Source: Octopus bimaculoides
Taxonomy: Eukaryota
DNA length: 38,354 nt
Assembly: GCF_001194135.2 (NCBI RefSeq)
Contig: NC_069007.1
Coordinates: 2,553,347 to 2,591,700, forward strand
Direction: 5' to 3'
The notes under the pieces were generated by a model that was not told the origin of the DNA, made no database searches, and saw nothing but the letters and a program-made list of their open reading frames with translations. Positions within the stretch are counted from its first letter, which is position 1; every line of letters starts with the position of its first letter. Made by a program: the position numbers and the translations under genes. Below, piece after piece: positions 10,746 through 23,288 of this stretch.

Positions 10746-12077
10746 AATAGAATTAAAATTTCTTTGATTAAAACCCTTTCTAACATGGAAATATCCAAAA
10801 AGCATTTGAGCTCAAGTTTTAGACTCTCTTCCATCAGCTTTGCAAACACACACACGTGTGTGTGTGGAAAGAGAGAAAGTTTAAATATGTCTGGCATAAA
10901 ATACAGATTTTAGGTTTTGTGGGTGTGACTGTGTGGTAATGTGTTCACCTCGTCTGGATCTTTGCAAGATTTATTTAAATACGTCCACAAAATGATAAAA
11001 AGAAATGCTATAATTGAGAGAGACCAAGATGGGAGGAAATACAAAGTGAGTGAGTTACAGAGAGAAAACGAGAGAGAGAGGGAGCGCAACAGAGAGAGAG
11101 AGATATATATAGAAAGAGTGCTGAGGAGAATGAATGAGAGAATGAGTGTGAAGGAACGAGAGAGCTAGACATAAAATCGTATCAAATAAACGTAGAAATC
11201 ATATTTCGATAAATTTAAACTTTTCGAATCATTTAATATTTTAGCATGAAGCTATATAGGGTAATTAAAATATAATCCGATTTGCTAAATTCTTTATTGG
11301 CAAATCGATAGGCAAGCTTAACTTTGAAAACATAATTAACACCTTTGCAAGGTGCTATTTCATAAATAGATGTATGCCATAAATGCCTAATTACTTTACT
11401 CTCTCTCTTTCTCTCTCACTCACTCTCTCTTTCTCTCTCTCTCACTCACTCTCTCTTTCTCTCTCATTTAAAACAGATGATAATGCGACTGCCTCAGATG
11501 TTGGAATTTGCGAACGATATAGTAGTTTTTACTATTTTTCGAAAAACTAACAAAAAATTCAACCTTTCTTTTTTTTTTTTGTTTTTCTTTCGGTTCTTTC
11601 AGATAAGTGAAATTCAGAAAATATTATAGAACTGAAAATTGGTTTGTGAAGAAAGAAATAATAATGACAAAAATAAATATCGATATTAAACTCAACAGAA
11701 ATGAGACGGAACAAATTATAGCGAAATGGATGTTCCCAATATGTTGTAGCTGTTATTGTTGTTGTTTGTTTTATCTTTGGAAGTCTCTTGTTTGTTTTTG
11801 TTTCTTTATTTCCTTTCCAAAGAGAAAGTTTACAAATATGATTGGTGGAATTAATTTTGATATGTTGAAATTTATTAAAAATATTTTCTAAAATAAAAGC
11901 AGATTACACACCTTTTTTTGTTGTTGTTCATTTTGTTATCGTTTCTCATTGGTTTCTTAGTTTAAATCAATAACGACTGAGCATTTTAAGTAAAGACTAA
12001 TCAACCGAAACGTCACAAGTTCGAACCTACATCTCGGCTCTGGAAATGTTTATTCATTAATTCACGAAAAACTCTGC

Positions 12078-12352
12078 GGCGGCGATCTGGCAGAACAGGT
12101 AGTATGCCGAACAGGGTGCTTAGCGGTATTTCGACTGTCTTTATGTTCTAAGTTCAAATTCCACCGAAGTCAATTCTGAGACATTCTGGGGCGGCGAGCT
12201 GACAATGTTTAGGAGCATTTCGGCCGTCTTTAAATTTTAAGTTCAAATGCCACCGACGTCGTTTTTACTTTCTTTTCTTTGCGGGTCGTTAAGATAAGTT
12301 TCTGCTGAACACTCGAATCAATGAAATCGACAAACACCCATCCCCTAAATTT
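12078..12352 (+). mobile_element. Two tandem SINE family B copies (12078-12174 truncated; 12189-12352)
   Basis: Two GGCGGCGA(T/G)CTG heads, each with an AGTTCAAAT B box. Confidence 0.8.
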
Positions 12353-13292
12353 CTGAAACACTCAGTGGTTTGATGGCATACCAAATATTCACACAATCCA
12401 ATAAGGGAGTCTCTCTGTATTTGTTTGATGTGTTAGAAATGGCAGCCTAATTCTCTCTCAAATCTCACTTTATAACCTTAGAAAAATGTCACGTTTAATA
12501 ATGTAGTTCTATTTGTAGTAAGTCTAAGGTATGCATTTGATAATGTGCCACTTGTTATAGAAAACGATGGATGGTCGTGGCAAGAACACATTTCATCCCT
12601 TCTTCTTGATCACTGTCGAACTGGTGACACCGAAATACGATAACAGCAACACCATTAACAGGGTAGACACAACGTTTTAAAATAGCTTCCTAAGAGAAAG
12701 AAGGTCAAGGACTTTTGTACAGTCTCGGCGATTTGTGTGTCGAAGAGCGGATGATCTCAATATTCTCAAAACTAGGGACATTTTCCATTACTTGCAACAG
12801 GGAGAATACCGTTAAATCTTAGCAAGAATTTAGAATTAAACCGAAAGACAAATAAAATCTACCAACCCAAAATAAATTTTTCCATTTTCTTGCCTAAACA
12901 GAAGATGAGGACCAGTGATCATGATCGTTTCCAATGTCTCTGAAACAGGCACGTGGAAAGGACAAAGATAGTTTTAAACTGAAGACCTGATCTGAATGCT
13001 AGTAAAGACAAGTCTTCTTCAAAAACATTCAAAGGTCCATATTAACTTAGGTGTCATATTACCTCTCCAAATATTTCCATAAAACGGTTAATCGTTTTCT
13101 AAAGCTGAAAAGGCATATATTTCTTGAGCAAGGAAACTTGAAGTGCTCCCTGCATACATAAAAAATATGTAGGAACGAATGGGGAAAACAATGACCCTTT
13201 AAAACACTCATAGATACGTATACAGGATGTCCCTAAATTGGTGCGGATAGATAGATAGATAGACACTGCCTACCTAATCCTGTCACAAAAAT

Positions 13293-13410
13293 TTAGTCGG
13301 CCCGAGGCTACAGCACAAGACACGTGTCCAAAGTACCACGCACTGGGGCTTAACCCGAAACCATGTGGTTGGAAATCAAATCTCTTACCACACAGACTGA
13401 CCTGCGTGCG
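13293..13410 (-). mobile_element. SINE family C head
   Basis: GTCGGCCCGAGGCTA...CCATGTGGTTGGAA...CTTACCACACAG. Confidence 0.8.
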
Positions 13411-13464
13411 GCTACATGTATATATGCAACGTACTTCTGCATGTATTATTTTCATAGTATATAT

Positions 13465-13731
13465 ATTCTTTTGTATTCTAGGCACAAGGCCCGAAATTTT
13501 AGGGGAGGGGACCAGTCGATTAAATCGACTTCAGTACACAACTGGTACTTAATTTATCGACCTCGAAAGGATGATAGGCAAAGTCGACCTCGAAAGGATG
13601 ATAGGCAAAGTCGACCTCGAAAGGATGAAAGGCAAAGTCGACCTCGGCGAAATTTGAACTTAGAAAGTAAAGACAGATGAAATACCACTAAGCATGTCTC
13701 CCGGCGTGCTAACGTTTCTGCCAGCTCGCCG
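13465..13731 (-). mobile_element. SINE family B with an internal 27-bp triplication (13557-13646)
   Basis: Complete tail, core and head; unit TCGACCTCGAAAGGATGA(T/A)AGGCAAAG at 13557, 13584 and 13611. Confidence 0.92.
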
Positions 13732-15007
13732 ATCAATCTTTGGCTGCAGTAGATGTCACATGACGTCTATAATGAGCAAACAATTTAAGCAGCGATCCAT
13801 ATGTTCACCGGTTCTGGAAATATCTGAAGCTGTATTCCGGTATTTCAATATCGGTAATATGTACTTATGGTACATAAGTGAACTTAACCACGGGCGAACT
13901 AAGCGCTTCATTAATTATGTAGCAGCATCAATTCATTAGGCACAGATGCCTGCTGAACAAGAGTTAATTAGTCCCTTATGTTTGCTAATTACCTGATTAT
14001 AGCGATTAGGGCTTATTAAAACGAAAAACTGAAATGCATCGAAATGCTCACACGAATAACGCCGGGACTTTTCGGAACTTTGGTTTTAAGAAAACTTCGA
14101 AAATTCAATTTCAGATTGTAATTTGCACCAAGTGTAATTATAATAATATACATCTTTTTTCTTTTAAGAAACTCAAATAAATACAAGGAAATCATTTGTT
14201 ATAGGAATTCGGGTTTAACTGGTGTTTTGTCATTTAGAATTAATATATTAGCAATTATATCGATTCTGACAACTACCTAGCATAAATTGCCAAAGGCTTT
14301 GCAATAATGTTCCCTTGTACAATATTATCCTATTTGAGTAAAATTTTTAAGAAATGTTAAAGTGTCTGACTCGATAATTAATGGAAAGTGCGCTCACAAA
14401 TAGATTTCAAACATTTCTTTCAAAATTACAGCCTGTAATTCAAAAGCAATTATAATTTAATTATGCTTAACTATATTGGCTAATTTATTTTCGAAATTTC
14501 AGTGTTACATTCTTCGAAAATTTGTTGAAGTGAAATTTCTGACAGCAAGAAATTGCAGGGAATTATCATCAATGACATAATACAACAGCACAGTTTTTTC
14601 TTGTTTTTTTTCTTTGTTTGTTTTTTGATACTATATTTGGAAGTGTAGAACATTCTCTTTCTCAGAATTTTGTTCTCTCCTCCTCCTCCTCCTCCTTTCC
14701 TTTGTTTATTTTTCCTTCTTCCTCTCCCTCCTCTGATCAGTATTTAGATCGCACCCATTATTCTTATTAACATCAGTGACATCATCAACATCATCACTAT
14801 CATCATCACCATTATCATCGTCATCATCATCACAGCCATCATCATATTCATCATCGTCATCACCTTTCTTATTATGAAAATGGTCCGTATGTGTGGTCGT
14901 ATGGTGTTACACTGTATTCAAACAGTAACTACGACAAAAACATGGAAACGCAAACAACACAAGAAATCAAACTATAAAAAATCATCAACACACGTATGTA
15001 TATTTTT

Positions 15008-15229
15008 CATCTGTTACTTGCTTCAGTCATTGGATAGCGGCCATACTGGAGTACCCCCACCCCATCCTTGAATGCCTCAGTGAAACGAATCCACCTCAAT
15101 ACTTTTGTTTTTTCTTTTTCTTTTAAGTTCGGTACTTAACTTATGTGTTTTTGACCGAACTGCTAAGTTACATGGACGTAAACAAACCTACACATGCTGT
15201 CAAGTAGTAGTACGAGTCAAACACATGCT

Positions 15230-15240
<11 letters not shown>
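15008..15240 (-). mobile_element. 3' tail module of SINE family C, decayed
   Basis: TTACTTGCTTCAGTCATT...CCGAACTGCTAAGTTAC...GACGTAAAC matches 15293-15490. Confidence 0.75.
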
Positions 15241-15263
<23 letters not shown>

Positions 15264-15292
15264 AATATATATATATATCCATGAATATACGC

Positions 15293-15494
15293 TTTTACTT
15301 GTTTCAATCATTTGACTGTGATCATGATGGAGCACCGCCTTTAGTCGAGCAAATCGACCCCAGGACTTATTCTTTGTAAGCCTAGTACTTATTCTATCGG
15401 TCTCTTTTGCCGAACCGCTAAGTTACGGGGACGTAAACACACCAGCATCGGTTGTCAAGCAATGTTGGGGGGAAAAACGCAGACACACAAACAT

Positions 15495-15541
<47 letters not shown>

Positions 15542-15690
15542 TACGAGGGGCTTCTTTCAGTTTCAAATATACCAAATTCACTCTCAAGTCTTTGGCCAAA
15601 CACAGTTGCCCAAGTCGACAGGAAGTAGGACTGATCCAAGAACATTGCAGTTGGCAAGAAAACTTCTTACCACACATCCACGCATGCGCT
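15293..15690 (-). mobile_element. Near-complete composite SINE family C (head, internal CA/TA microsatellite, 3' module)
   Basis: Tail module 15293-15490, microsatellite 15490-15542, body and head 15543-15690 (GGGCTTCTTTCAG...CTTCTTACCACAC) are contiguous. Confidence 0.8.
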
Positions 15691-16086
15691 TCACATAATA
15701 GAAAATCAAATATGAATATACATAAACTAAGAACAAATGCAGGTAATTATGAACTACTTTGAAACATAAACTGTTAATTAATTTAAAGTTGTGTGCTTTG
15801 TTCAAAGCTTACAGCAGAGTAATTAGTAAAGATGTTTTGTTGTTCTTTTGTTTTTTCAAAAAGTTACGTTCTTTCTAACCTGTATTTTGGGGCTGTTTTT
15901 CGGTTATTTCTTCACACATTCGTCAATTTTCATACCATGCATTATCTCAAAGATTTACCCTAAAATATCCATTATAGCAAGAAAGCAAACTATTTATCTC
16001 CATCTCACATATATATAAATATGTGTGTGTCTGTGTGTGCATGTGAGTGCATGTGTGTGTGTATATATATATATATATGTATATAT

Positions 16087-16312
16087 GGGGTGGGCCAAAA
16101 GTAGGTTTACAGTTATTCAAGTTATTATTTCGCATTCATAAATTAACAGTTTATATCTTAATTATAAAAATAAAATATGAAACCACTATTCTATGCTAAT
16201 TTACTTGATTGTGAGATAGAAATTTAAATGTAATAAAATGCTTTAAAAGAAATTGAAGTGATAACGTAAGAAAATTTACGTGATAACTGTAAACCTAATT
16301 TTTGGACACCCT
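16087..16312. mobile_element. Tc1/mariner-type MITE with ~29-bp TIRs
   Basis: GGGTGGGCCAAAAGTAGGTTTACAGTTAT (16088-16116) versus ATAACTGTAAACCTAATTTTTGGACACCC (16283-16311). Confidence 0.8.
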
Positions 16313-17194
16313 CCCCCCTCTCTCTATCTCTGTATATANNNNNNNNNNNNNNNNNNNNNNNNNNNNNNNNNNNNNNNNNNNNNNNNNNNNNNNNNNNNNN
16401 NNNNNNNNNNNNNNNNNNNNNNNNNNNNNNNNNNNNNNNNNNNNNNNNNNNNNNNNNNNNNNNNNNNNNNNNNNNNNNNNNNNNNNNNNNNNNNNNNNNN
16501 NNNNNNNNNNNNNNNNNNNNNNNNNNNNNNNNNNNNNNNNNNNNNNNNNNNNNNNNNNNNNNNNNNNNNNNNNNNNNNNNNNNNNNNNNNNNNNNNNNNN
16601 NNNNNNNNNNNNNNNNNNNNNNNNNNNNNNNNNNNNNNNNNNNNNNNNNNNNNNNNNNNNNNNNNNNNNNNNNNNNNNNNNNNNNNNNNNNNNNNNNNNN
16701 NNNNNNNNNNNNNNNNNNNNNNNNNNNNNNNNNNNNNNNNNNNNNNNNNNNNNNNNNNNNNNNNNNNNNNNNNNNNNNNNNNNNNNNNNNNNNNNNNNNN
16801 NNNNNNNNNNNNNNNNNNNNNNNNNNNNNNNNNNNNNNNNNNNNNNNNNNNNNNNNNNNNNNNNNNNNNNNNNNNNNNNNNNNNNNNNNNNNNNNNNNNN
16901 NNNNNNNNNNNNNNNNNNNNNNNNNNNNNNNNNNNNNNNNNNNNNNNNNNNNNNNNNNNNNNNNNNNNNNNNNNNNNNNNNNNNNNNNNNNNNNNNNNNN
17001 NNNNNNNNNNNNNNNNNNNNNNNNNNNNNNNNNNNNNNNNNNNNNNNNNNNNNNNNNNNNNNNNNNNNNNNNNNNNNNNNNNNNNNNNNNNNNNNNNNNN
17101 NNNNNNNNNNNNNNNNNNNNNNNNNNNNNNNNNATATATACGGAAAAAGAAATAGATAGAATAAGCACTATTCTTAAAACAAATATAATATAGC

Positions 17195-17290
17195 AGAGTC
17201 AATTCATTTGACTAAAAATTCTTCAAGGCCATACTCCAGCATGGTCACAGTCTAATGCTTGAAACAAGCAGAAGATCAAAGTTAAAAGAT
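17195..17290 (+). mobile_element. SINE 3' tail fragment, same module as family C tail, opposite strand
   Basis: GTCAATTCATTTGACTAAAAATTCTTCAAGGC...CAGCATGG...TGAAACAAG is the reverse complement of the 15293-15360 module. Confidence 0.7.
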
Positions 17291-17699
17291 CTCCTGGCGT
17301 CGATAACTGTCTGTTTTCCTCCGTGACTCCTTTCCGCCATTTCCCCCTACCACTCCCTGTCTCAATACTCACCCCCCCTCTTCTCTCACCCCTCCCTGAG
17401 TTTCTTTCCTAATCTGATTTCAATTCATAGATACAGTTTCTACTACTCTATGCTACGAAGAGCATTTCACTAACAAAATACGTCCAGACAAATAACGTAT
17501 ACACCTGAGATATCCAAAAGCACTTACGCTGTAATTCCACAAGCAAGAATTTGGTTGGATGAACAAATCAATGCTCATCGTCGCCAGTGACGGAAAATCC
17601 TCTTAGAGTTATTCACACCATCCTTTTTCTTACAATTGTCATTATTATTTTTGTTTTCGTTCAACCGTTCCATTTTCCTTAGGTTTTTTCATAATTATT

Positions 17700-18035
17700 G
17701 ATATCACCCTTCTTCTTCTTCAATTTCTTCCTCCTCTTCTTCTTCTCATCCTCCTCCTCCCCTCCTCCTCCTTATTATTATTATTATTGTTGTTGTTGTT
17801 ATGGGTTGCCATTGACATCGTATCAATTCTTTATGAATTCTTTCTTATATTTATACAGTTATTACCATTGTAATTCTTGACGTGAGAGTTGATTTTGTGT
17901 TTAATATTGTTGCCATGGCTGTTGATAGTTTCAGAGTTACAATAATAATAATAATAATAATTATAATAATAATAATAGCCGTCTTTGTAGTTGTAGTTGT
18001 TCTCGCTGATGTTGTTCCTATTTTTAATGTTGTAG

Positions 18036-18094
<59 letters not shown>

Positions 18095-18135
18095 CATATA
18101 TATACATATATATACATATATATACATATACACAT
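17700..18135. repeat. CTT/TCC/TTA/AAT/TA microsatellite cluster
   Basis: Visible. Confidence 0.9.
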
Positions 18136-19113
18136 TTCTGCTTTATTCTTTCTCTCTATAAAAGCTACTGCTGTTAAAATTCGTACTGTTTTTCTTAATA
18201 ATTTACTCGTATTTTTCAACTACCTTTGCTTCAGGTAATCTTCCTTGTGTTATCTTACTTCGCTAATACAATGGTCTGTTTCTTTTATATTTCTTCCCGT
18301 TGTTAACGCTACTACTACTACTACTACAACTACTACTGCTACTACTGTTGTTATTATTATTGTCCTCTTTATTCGTCTTGTATTTTTCTATTTTTTATTA
18401 CAATTCATATTATTTGTGCATTTTCGCAACCTCCTGCTATATGTTCCATTGTGTTTATTCTCGTATTTTGTTTTTAGCATTTAGTTACGTCTTATAGCCG
18501 CAGTCAGTTTCCAACTTTCACTTTCGTTAGTGTTTTAGTTTACTATAAACGCACGCTCGTCAATGAAAATATAAATGGAGGACTGCATAATAAATTCATA
18601 GCATTTTCGTTCCATTTAATATATGTGGTTGGCTTCTGTTCTTTAATGTGGGTGTTTGTTTGTACTAATGTTCCTGAATAATTTATCTGTATTTCATATG
18701 TGTACAAATGTCTATTTATGCGGATATATGTGTATGTACATGAATGGGGATGCACGGGTATTACGTGCAGAAAAACCACCAACCCCACGAATTTTCACAC
18801 ACACACAGACAAACACACAATCATACACTCATATATATATATATATATATATATATANNNNNNNNNNNNNNNNNNNNNNNNNNNNNNNNNNNNNNNNNNN
18901 NNNNNNNNNNNNNNNNNNNNNNNNNNNNNNNNNNNNNNNNNNNNNNNNNNNNNNNNNNNNNNNNNNNNNNNNNNNNNNNNNNNNNNNNNNNNNNNNNNNN
19001 NNNNNNNNNNNNNNNNNNNNNNNNNNNNNNNNNNNNNNNNNNNNNNNNNNNNNNNNNNNNNNNNNNNNNNNNNNNNNNNNNNNNNNNNNNNNNNNNNNNN
19101 NNNNNNNNNNNNN

Positions 19114-19159
<46 letters not shown>

Positions 19160-19224
19160 TGTAGCATGGCCACTGCCTCAAGGTTGAAATATATAGAAGA
19201 ATGAAAGAATATATATGTATATAT

Positions 19225-19265
<41 letters not shown>

Positions 19266-20026
19266 GACATGCGTACATATATACAGACCACATATACCTA
19301 TATGTATGCTTACCTGTATAGATATCTAAACACGCACACACACAATCGCACGCGTGCACACAAGCACGCACGTGCGAATATATCTATATACACGTATAGG
19401 TATGTGTGAACATATCTATTACATTATATATGCACACGTATATACACACAACCACATATATACACACACGTACACATGCTTATTTATTTCTATATTCATT
19501 TCTTTATATTGCTGTGTGTTTTCGTCTGCGCTTCAACCTACAGAACTTCTTTGTGAGTTAGGTTTTTTTTTTTCGAGATCAGTGTGTTCCTTATGTTTTA
19601 GTACGACACCTCCAGTATAATTGCACGATAATTATACAGTTCTACAAAACTACCACTGAGTCTGTGCAGGAAGAAACAGAGGCGCCAGTGTTTAATTCTT
19701 ATAAAAGTTGCATTTCAAAACAGAGAAACGCAAGAACTGAAGCAAAAATAAATTTAAATCAAAAAGTATAAATAGGAGATTATGTACGACCCTCAACAGA
19801 ATGATGTAGCTAATATGTTAATTTTTCAACCTACTGCAATATCAAACTGCGAGGAACCGAAACGACGAAATTTAGAGAGAAAACGTCTGACACGAATTTT
19901 ATGTGTCGTAAACAACAGCCGAGATCATTAAAAAATAACGAATGCTTTTTCTTTGAAATACCATATCCTGGAAGGGAAGGAAAACACATACACGTACTGG
20001 TGGATGCGTGCATTCTTATTCATGCA

Positions 20027-20073
<47 letters not shown>

Positions 20074-20151
20074 AATACAATCATTCATGCACATAAACGC
20101 ATACACTCACACCTACACACATCCAGTATTATATATATACTGGTACGTGCT

Positions 20152-20195
<44 letters not shown>

Positions 20196-20857
20196 NNNNN
20201 NNNNNNNNNNNNNNNNNNNNNNNNNNNNNNNNNNNNNNNNNNNNNNNNNNNNNNNNNNNNNNNNNNNNNNNNNNNNNNNNNNNNNNNNNNNNNNNNNNNN
20301 NNNNNNNNNNNNNNNNNNNNNNNNNNNNNNNNNNNNNNNNNNNNNNNNNNNNNNNNNNNNNNNNNNNNNNNNNNNNNNNNNNNNNNNNNNNNNNNNNNNN
20401 NNNNNNNNNNNNNNNNNNNNNNNNNNNNNNNNNNNNNNNNNNNNNNNNNNNNNNNNNNNNNNNNNNNNNNNNNNNNNNNNNNNNNNNNNNNNNNNNNNNN
20501 NNNNNNNNNNNNNNNNNNNNNNNNNNNNNNNNNNNNNNNNNNNNNNNNNNNNNNNNNNNNNNNNNNNNNNNNNNNNNNNNNNNNNNNNNNNNNNNNNNNN
20601 NNNNNNNNNNNNNNNNNNNNNNNNNNNNNNNNNNNNNNNNNNNNNNNNNNNNNNNNNNNNNNNNNNNNNNNNNNNNNNNNNNNNNNNNNNNNNNNNNNNN
20701 NNNNNNNNNNNNNNNNNNNNNNNNNNNNNNNNNNNNNNNNNNNNNNNNNNNNNNNNNNNNNNNNNNNNNNNNNNNNNNNNNNNNNNNNNNNNNNNNNNNN
20801 NNNNNNNNNNNNNNNNNNNNNNNNNNNNNNNNNNNNNNNNNNNNNNNNNNNNNNNNN

Positions 20858-20899
<42 letters not shown>

Positions 20900-21896
20900 G
20901 TTTAAGTACAAATATAAATATAATTTATAACATATATACACGTATATGTGTACACTTCTAAATACATTTACAAGTCGACAGATATATGTGTAATACATAC
21001 ATATACATCGTATCGGTATGTAGAAAAATGTGTATTGTACATACAGACGCATATGTGTGCGTGTGTGTATGTATGTATGTTGACATATAAATATATATAA
21101 GTATATATATATATATATTCATTGGCAAAGAGAAAGAAAGAGTAAAAGGATAAGGAATAAGAGAACAGAGAGCTCAAGGAGAGAAAAAAGTGAACGAATC
21201 TAAACTGATATCCGTCACGCATTAAATGCAGTATCTAAAAATACAATTCGTGAATTGAATAAAACACATTTTGTTTACTTGTTTATTCATTTATTTGTTT
21301 ATATATTTCTTTATTTAATTATTTTACATCCTGCTCGTACAATTTTGTTTTTATTTTTTCTCCCTCTTTCCTGTTCTGTCTTTATTTATGTATAATTTTT
21401 ATCTCTCCCTATCTTACGTTTGTGTACTAACAGTACACATTAGATTAATATAAGAAATAGAAGTCTCATGTCGCTGCTTGCTTATTTTATTGCCTAACTT
21501 GTATGGCATATATTTGAAGAAATTTCCAAGATCTCTTTTAATATTTTATCAGTTTGCTTTCTGCATTGTCTTTAATGCCATTAGATATTATTTTTGCTGT
21601 CGTTGTTGTTAGCGATTGCTTCCTTGATTAAAATATGGACGAGGTGAAGTGCCGGAATCAATAAAACGCTCTGAAATAAAGAACCAAAAATGCCTCGTGG
21701 TGTTATTTGGTTACGTCATGCATTTCTGGGATCTCGGATCAAATGCCACTGATGTCAGAATTTGGTGCTCCATCGCTTGCAGGGAAATGTCGGTTGATTA
21801 TGTTATGCCTTACATTCATTGAGGTGAGAAAGGGTTAATCCGTTCAGCGCCTTCTGTTATCAAAGGGATTACGTTCACGTTTTAAAAATATATGAT

Positions 21897-21943
<47 letters not shown>

Positions 21944-22780
21944 NNNNNNNNNNNNNNNNNNNNNNNNNNNNNNNNNNNNNNNNNNNNNNNNNNNNNNNNN
22001 NNNNNNNNNNNNNNNNNNNNNNNNNNNNNNNNNNNNNNNNNNNNNNNNNNNNNNNNNNNNNNNNNNNNNNNNNNNNNNNNNNNNNNNNNNNNNNNNNNNN
22101 NNNNNNNNNNNNNNNNNNNNNNNNNNNNNNNNNNNNNNNNNNNNNNNNNNNNNNNNNNNNNNNNNNNNNNNNNNNNNNNNNNNNNNNNNNNNNNNNNNNN
22201 NNNNNNNNNNNNNNNNNNNNNNNNNNNNNNNNNNNNNNNNNNNNNNNNNNNNNNNNNNNNNNNNNNNNNNNNNNNNNNNNNNNNNNNNNNNNNNNNNNNN
22301 NNNNNNNNNNNNNNNNNNNNNNNNNNNNNNNNNNNNNNNNNNNNNNNNNNNNNNNNNNNNNNNNNNNNNNNNNNNNNNNNNNNNNNNNNNNNNNNNNNNN
22401 NNNNNNNNNNNNNNNNNNNNNNNNNNNNNNNNNNNNNNNNNNNNNNNNNNNNNNNNNNNNNNNNNNNNNNNNNNNNNNNNNNNNNNNNNNNNNNNNNNNN
22501 NNNNNNNNNNNNNNNNNNNNNNNNNNNNNNNNNNNNNNNNNNNNNNNNNNNNNNNNNNNNNNNNNNNNNNNNNNNNNNNNNNNNNNNNNNNNNNNNNNNN
22601 NNNNNNNNNNNNNNNNNNNNNNNNNNNNNNNNNNNNNNNNNNNNNNNNNNNNNNNNNNNNNNNNNNNNNNNNNNNNNNNNNNNNNNNNNNNNNNNNNNNN
22701 NNNNNNNNNNNNNNNNNNNNNNNNNNNNNNNNNNNNNNNNNNNNNNNNNNNNNNNNNNNNNNNNNNNNNNNNNNNNNNNA

Positions 22781-23026
22781 AATAGATGCCGAATCATCTA
22801 ACCACGAAAAAATATGTTCACAGTAAAAAATTAGCGACACAAAGGGCAAGACAAATGAAAAAATACTAAATAAAAAAATATTTAGTATTTTTTCATTTGT
22901 GTGGCCCTTTTACAGTCTGTTGTGTCGCTAATTTTTTACTGTGAACATATTTTTTCGTGGTTAGATGATTAGGCATTTATTTCTAGCATATAGGAGTCCA
23001 CTTTTGCTGGTCATTCCTCTTATTTT

Positions 23027-23031
<5 letters not shown>
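22781..23031. mobile_element. AT-rich foldback element, copy A (left end lost in gap)
   Basis: Long internal palindrome centred near 22871-22876; identical to 23895-24145. Confidence 0.88.
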
Positions 23032-23072
<41 letters not shown>

Positions 23073-23288
23073 AATATATACACACACAGGGATTCAATGT
23101 AAAAATAAAACATTTTATTTCTCATTGAACTCAAGATTTTTGCATCTAACTCACGTATATATAAAAGGCATAAATGTTCAGTCAAGGCATTCTTGAGGAT
23201 TCTACAAATGGATACAAAAACGCTGCATAAACAAAAATCCAAAATTCTGACTTCCCCTTTTGTCTTAATATATAATATTTATAAGGTT

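Noticed and set aside
11975-12016. Hammerhead-like CTGA...CCGAAACGTCA
   Set aside because: The core lacks the NGA after CTGA and no stem II forms.
13557-13646. CRISPR-like array
   Set aside because: The units are contiguous with no spacers, lie inside a SINE, and the DNA is eukaryotic.
19835-19967. Minus-strand 133-nt exon candidate (TTCCCTTCCAG...GCA|GTAGGT)
   Set aside because: The splice signals are fair, but the one open frame resembles nothing recognisable and no partner exon was found.
21425-21433. TACTAACAG branch point and acceptor after a long pyrimidine tract
   Set aside because: All downstream frames stop quickly and no good donor follows; a non-coding exon cannot be excluded.
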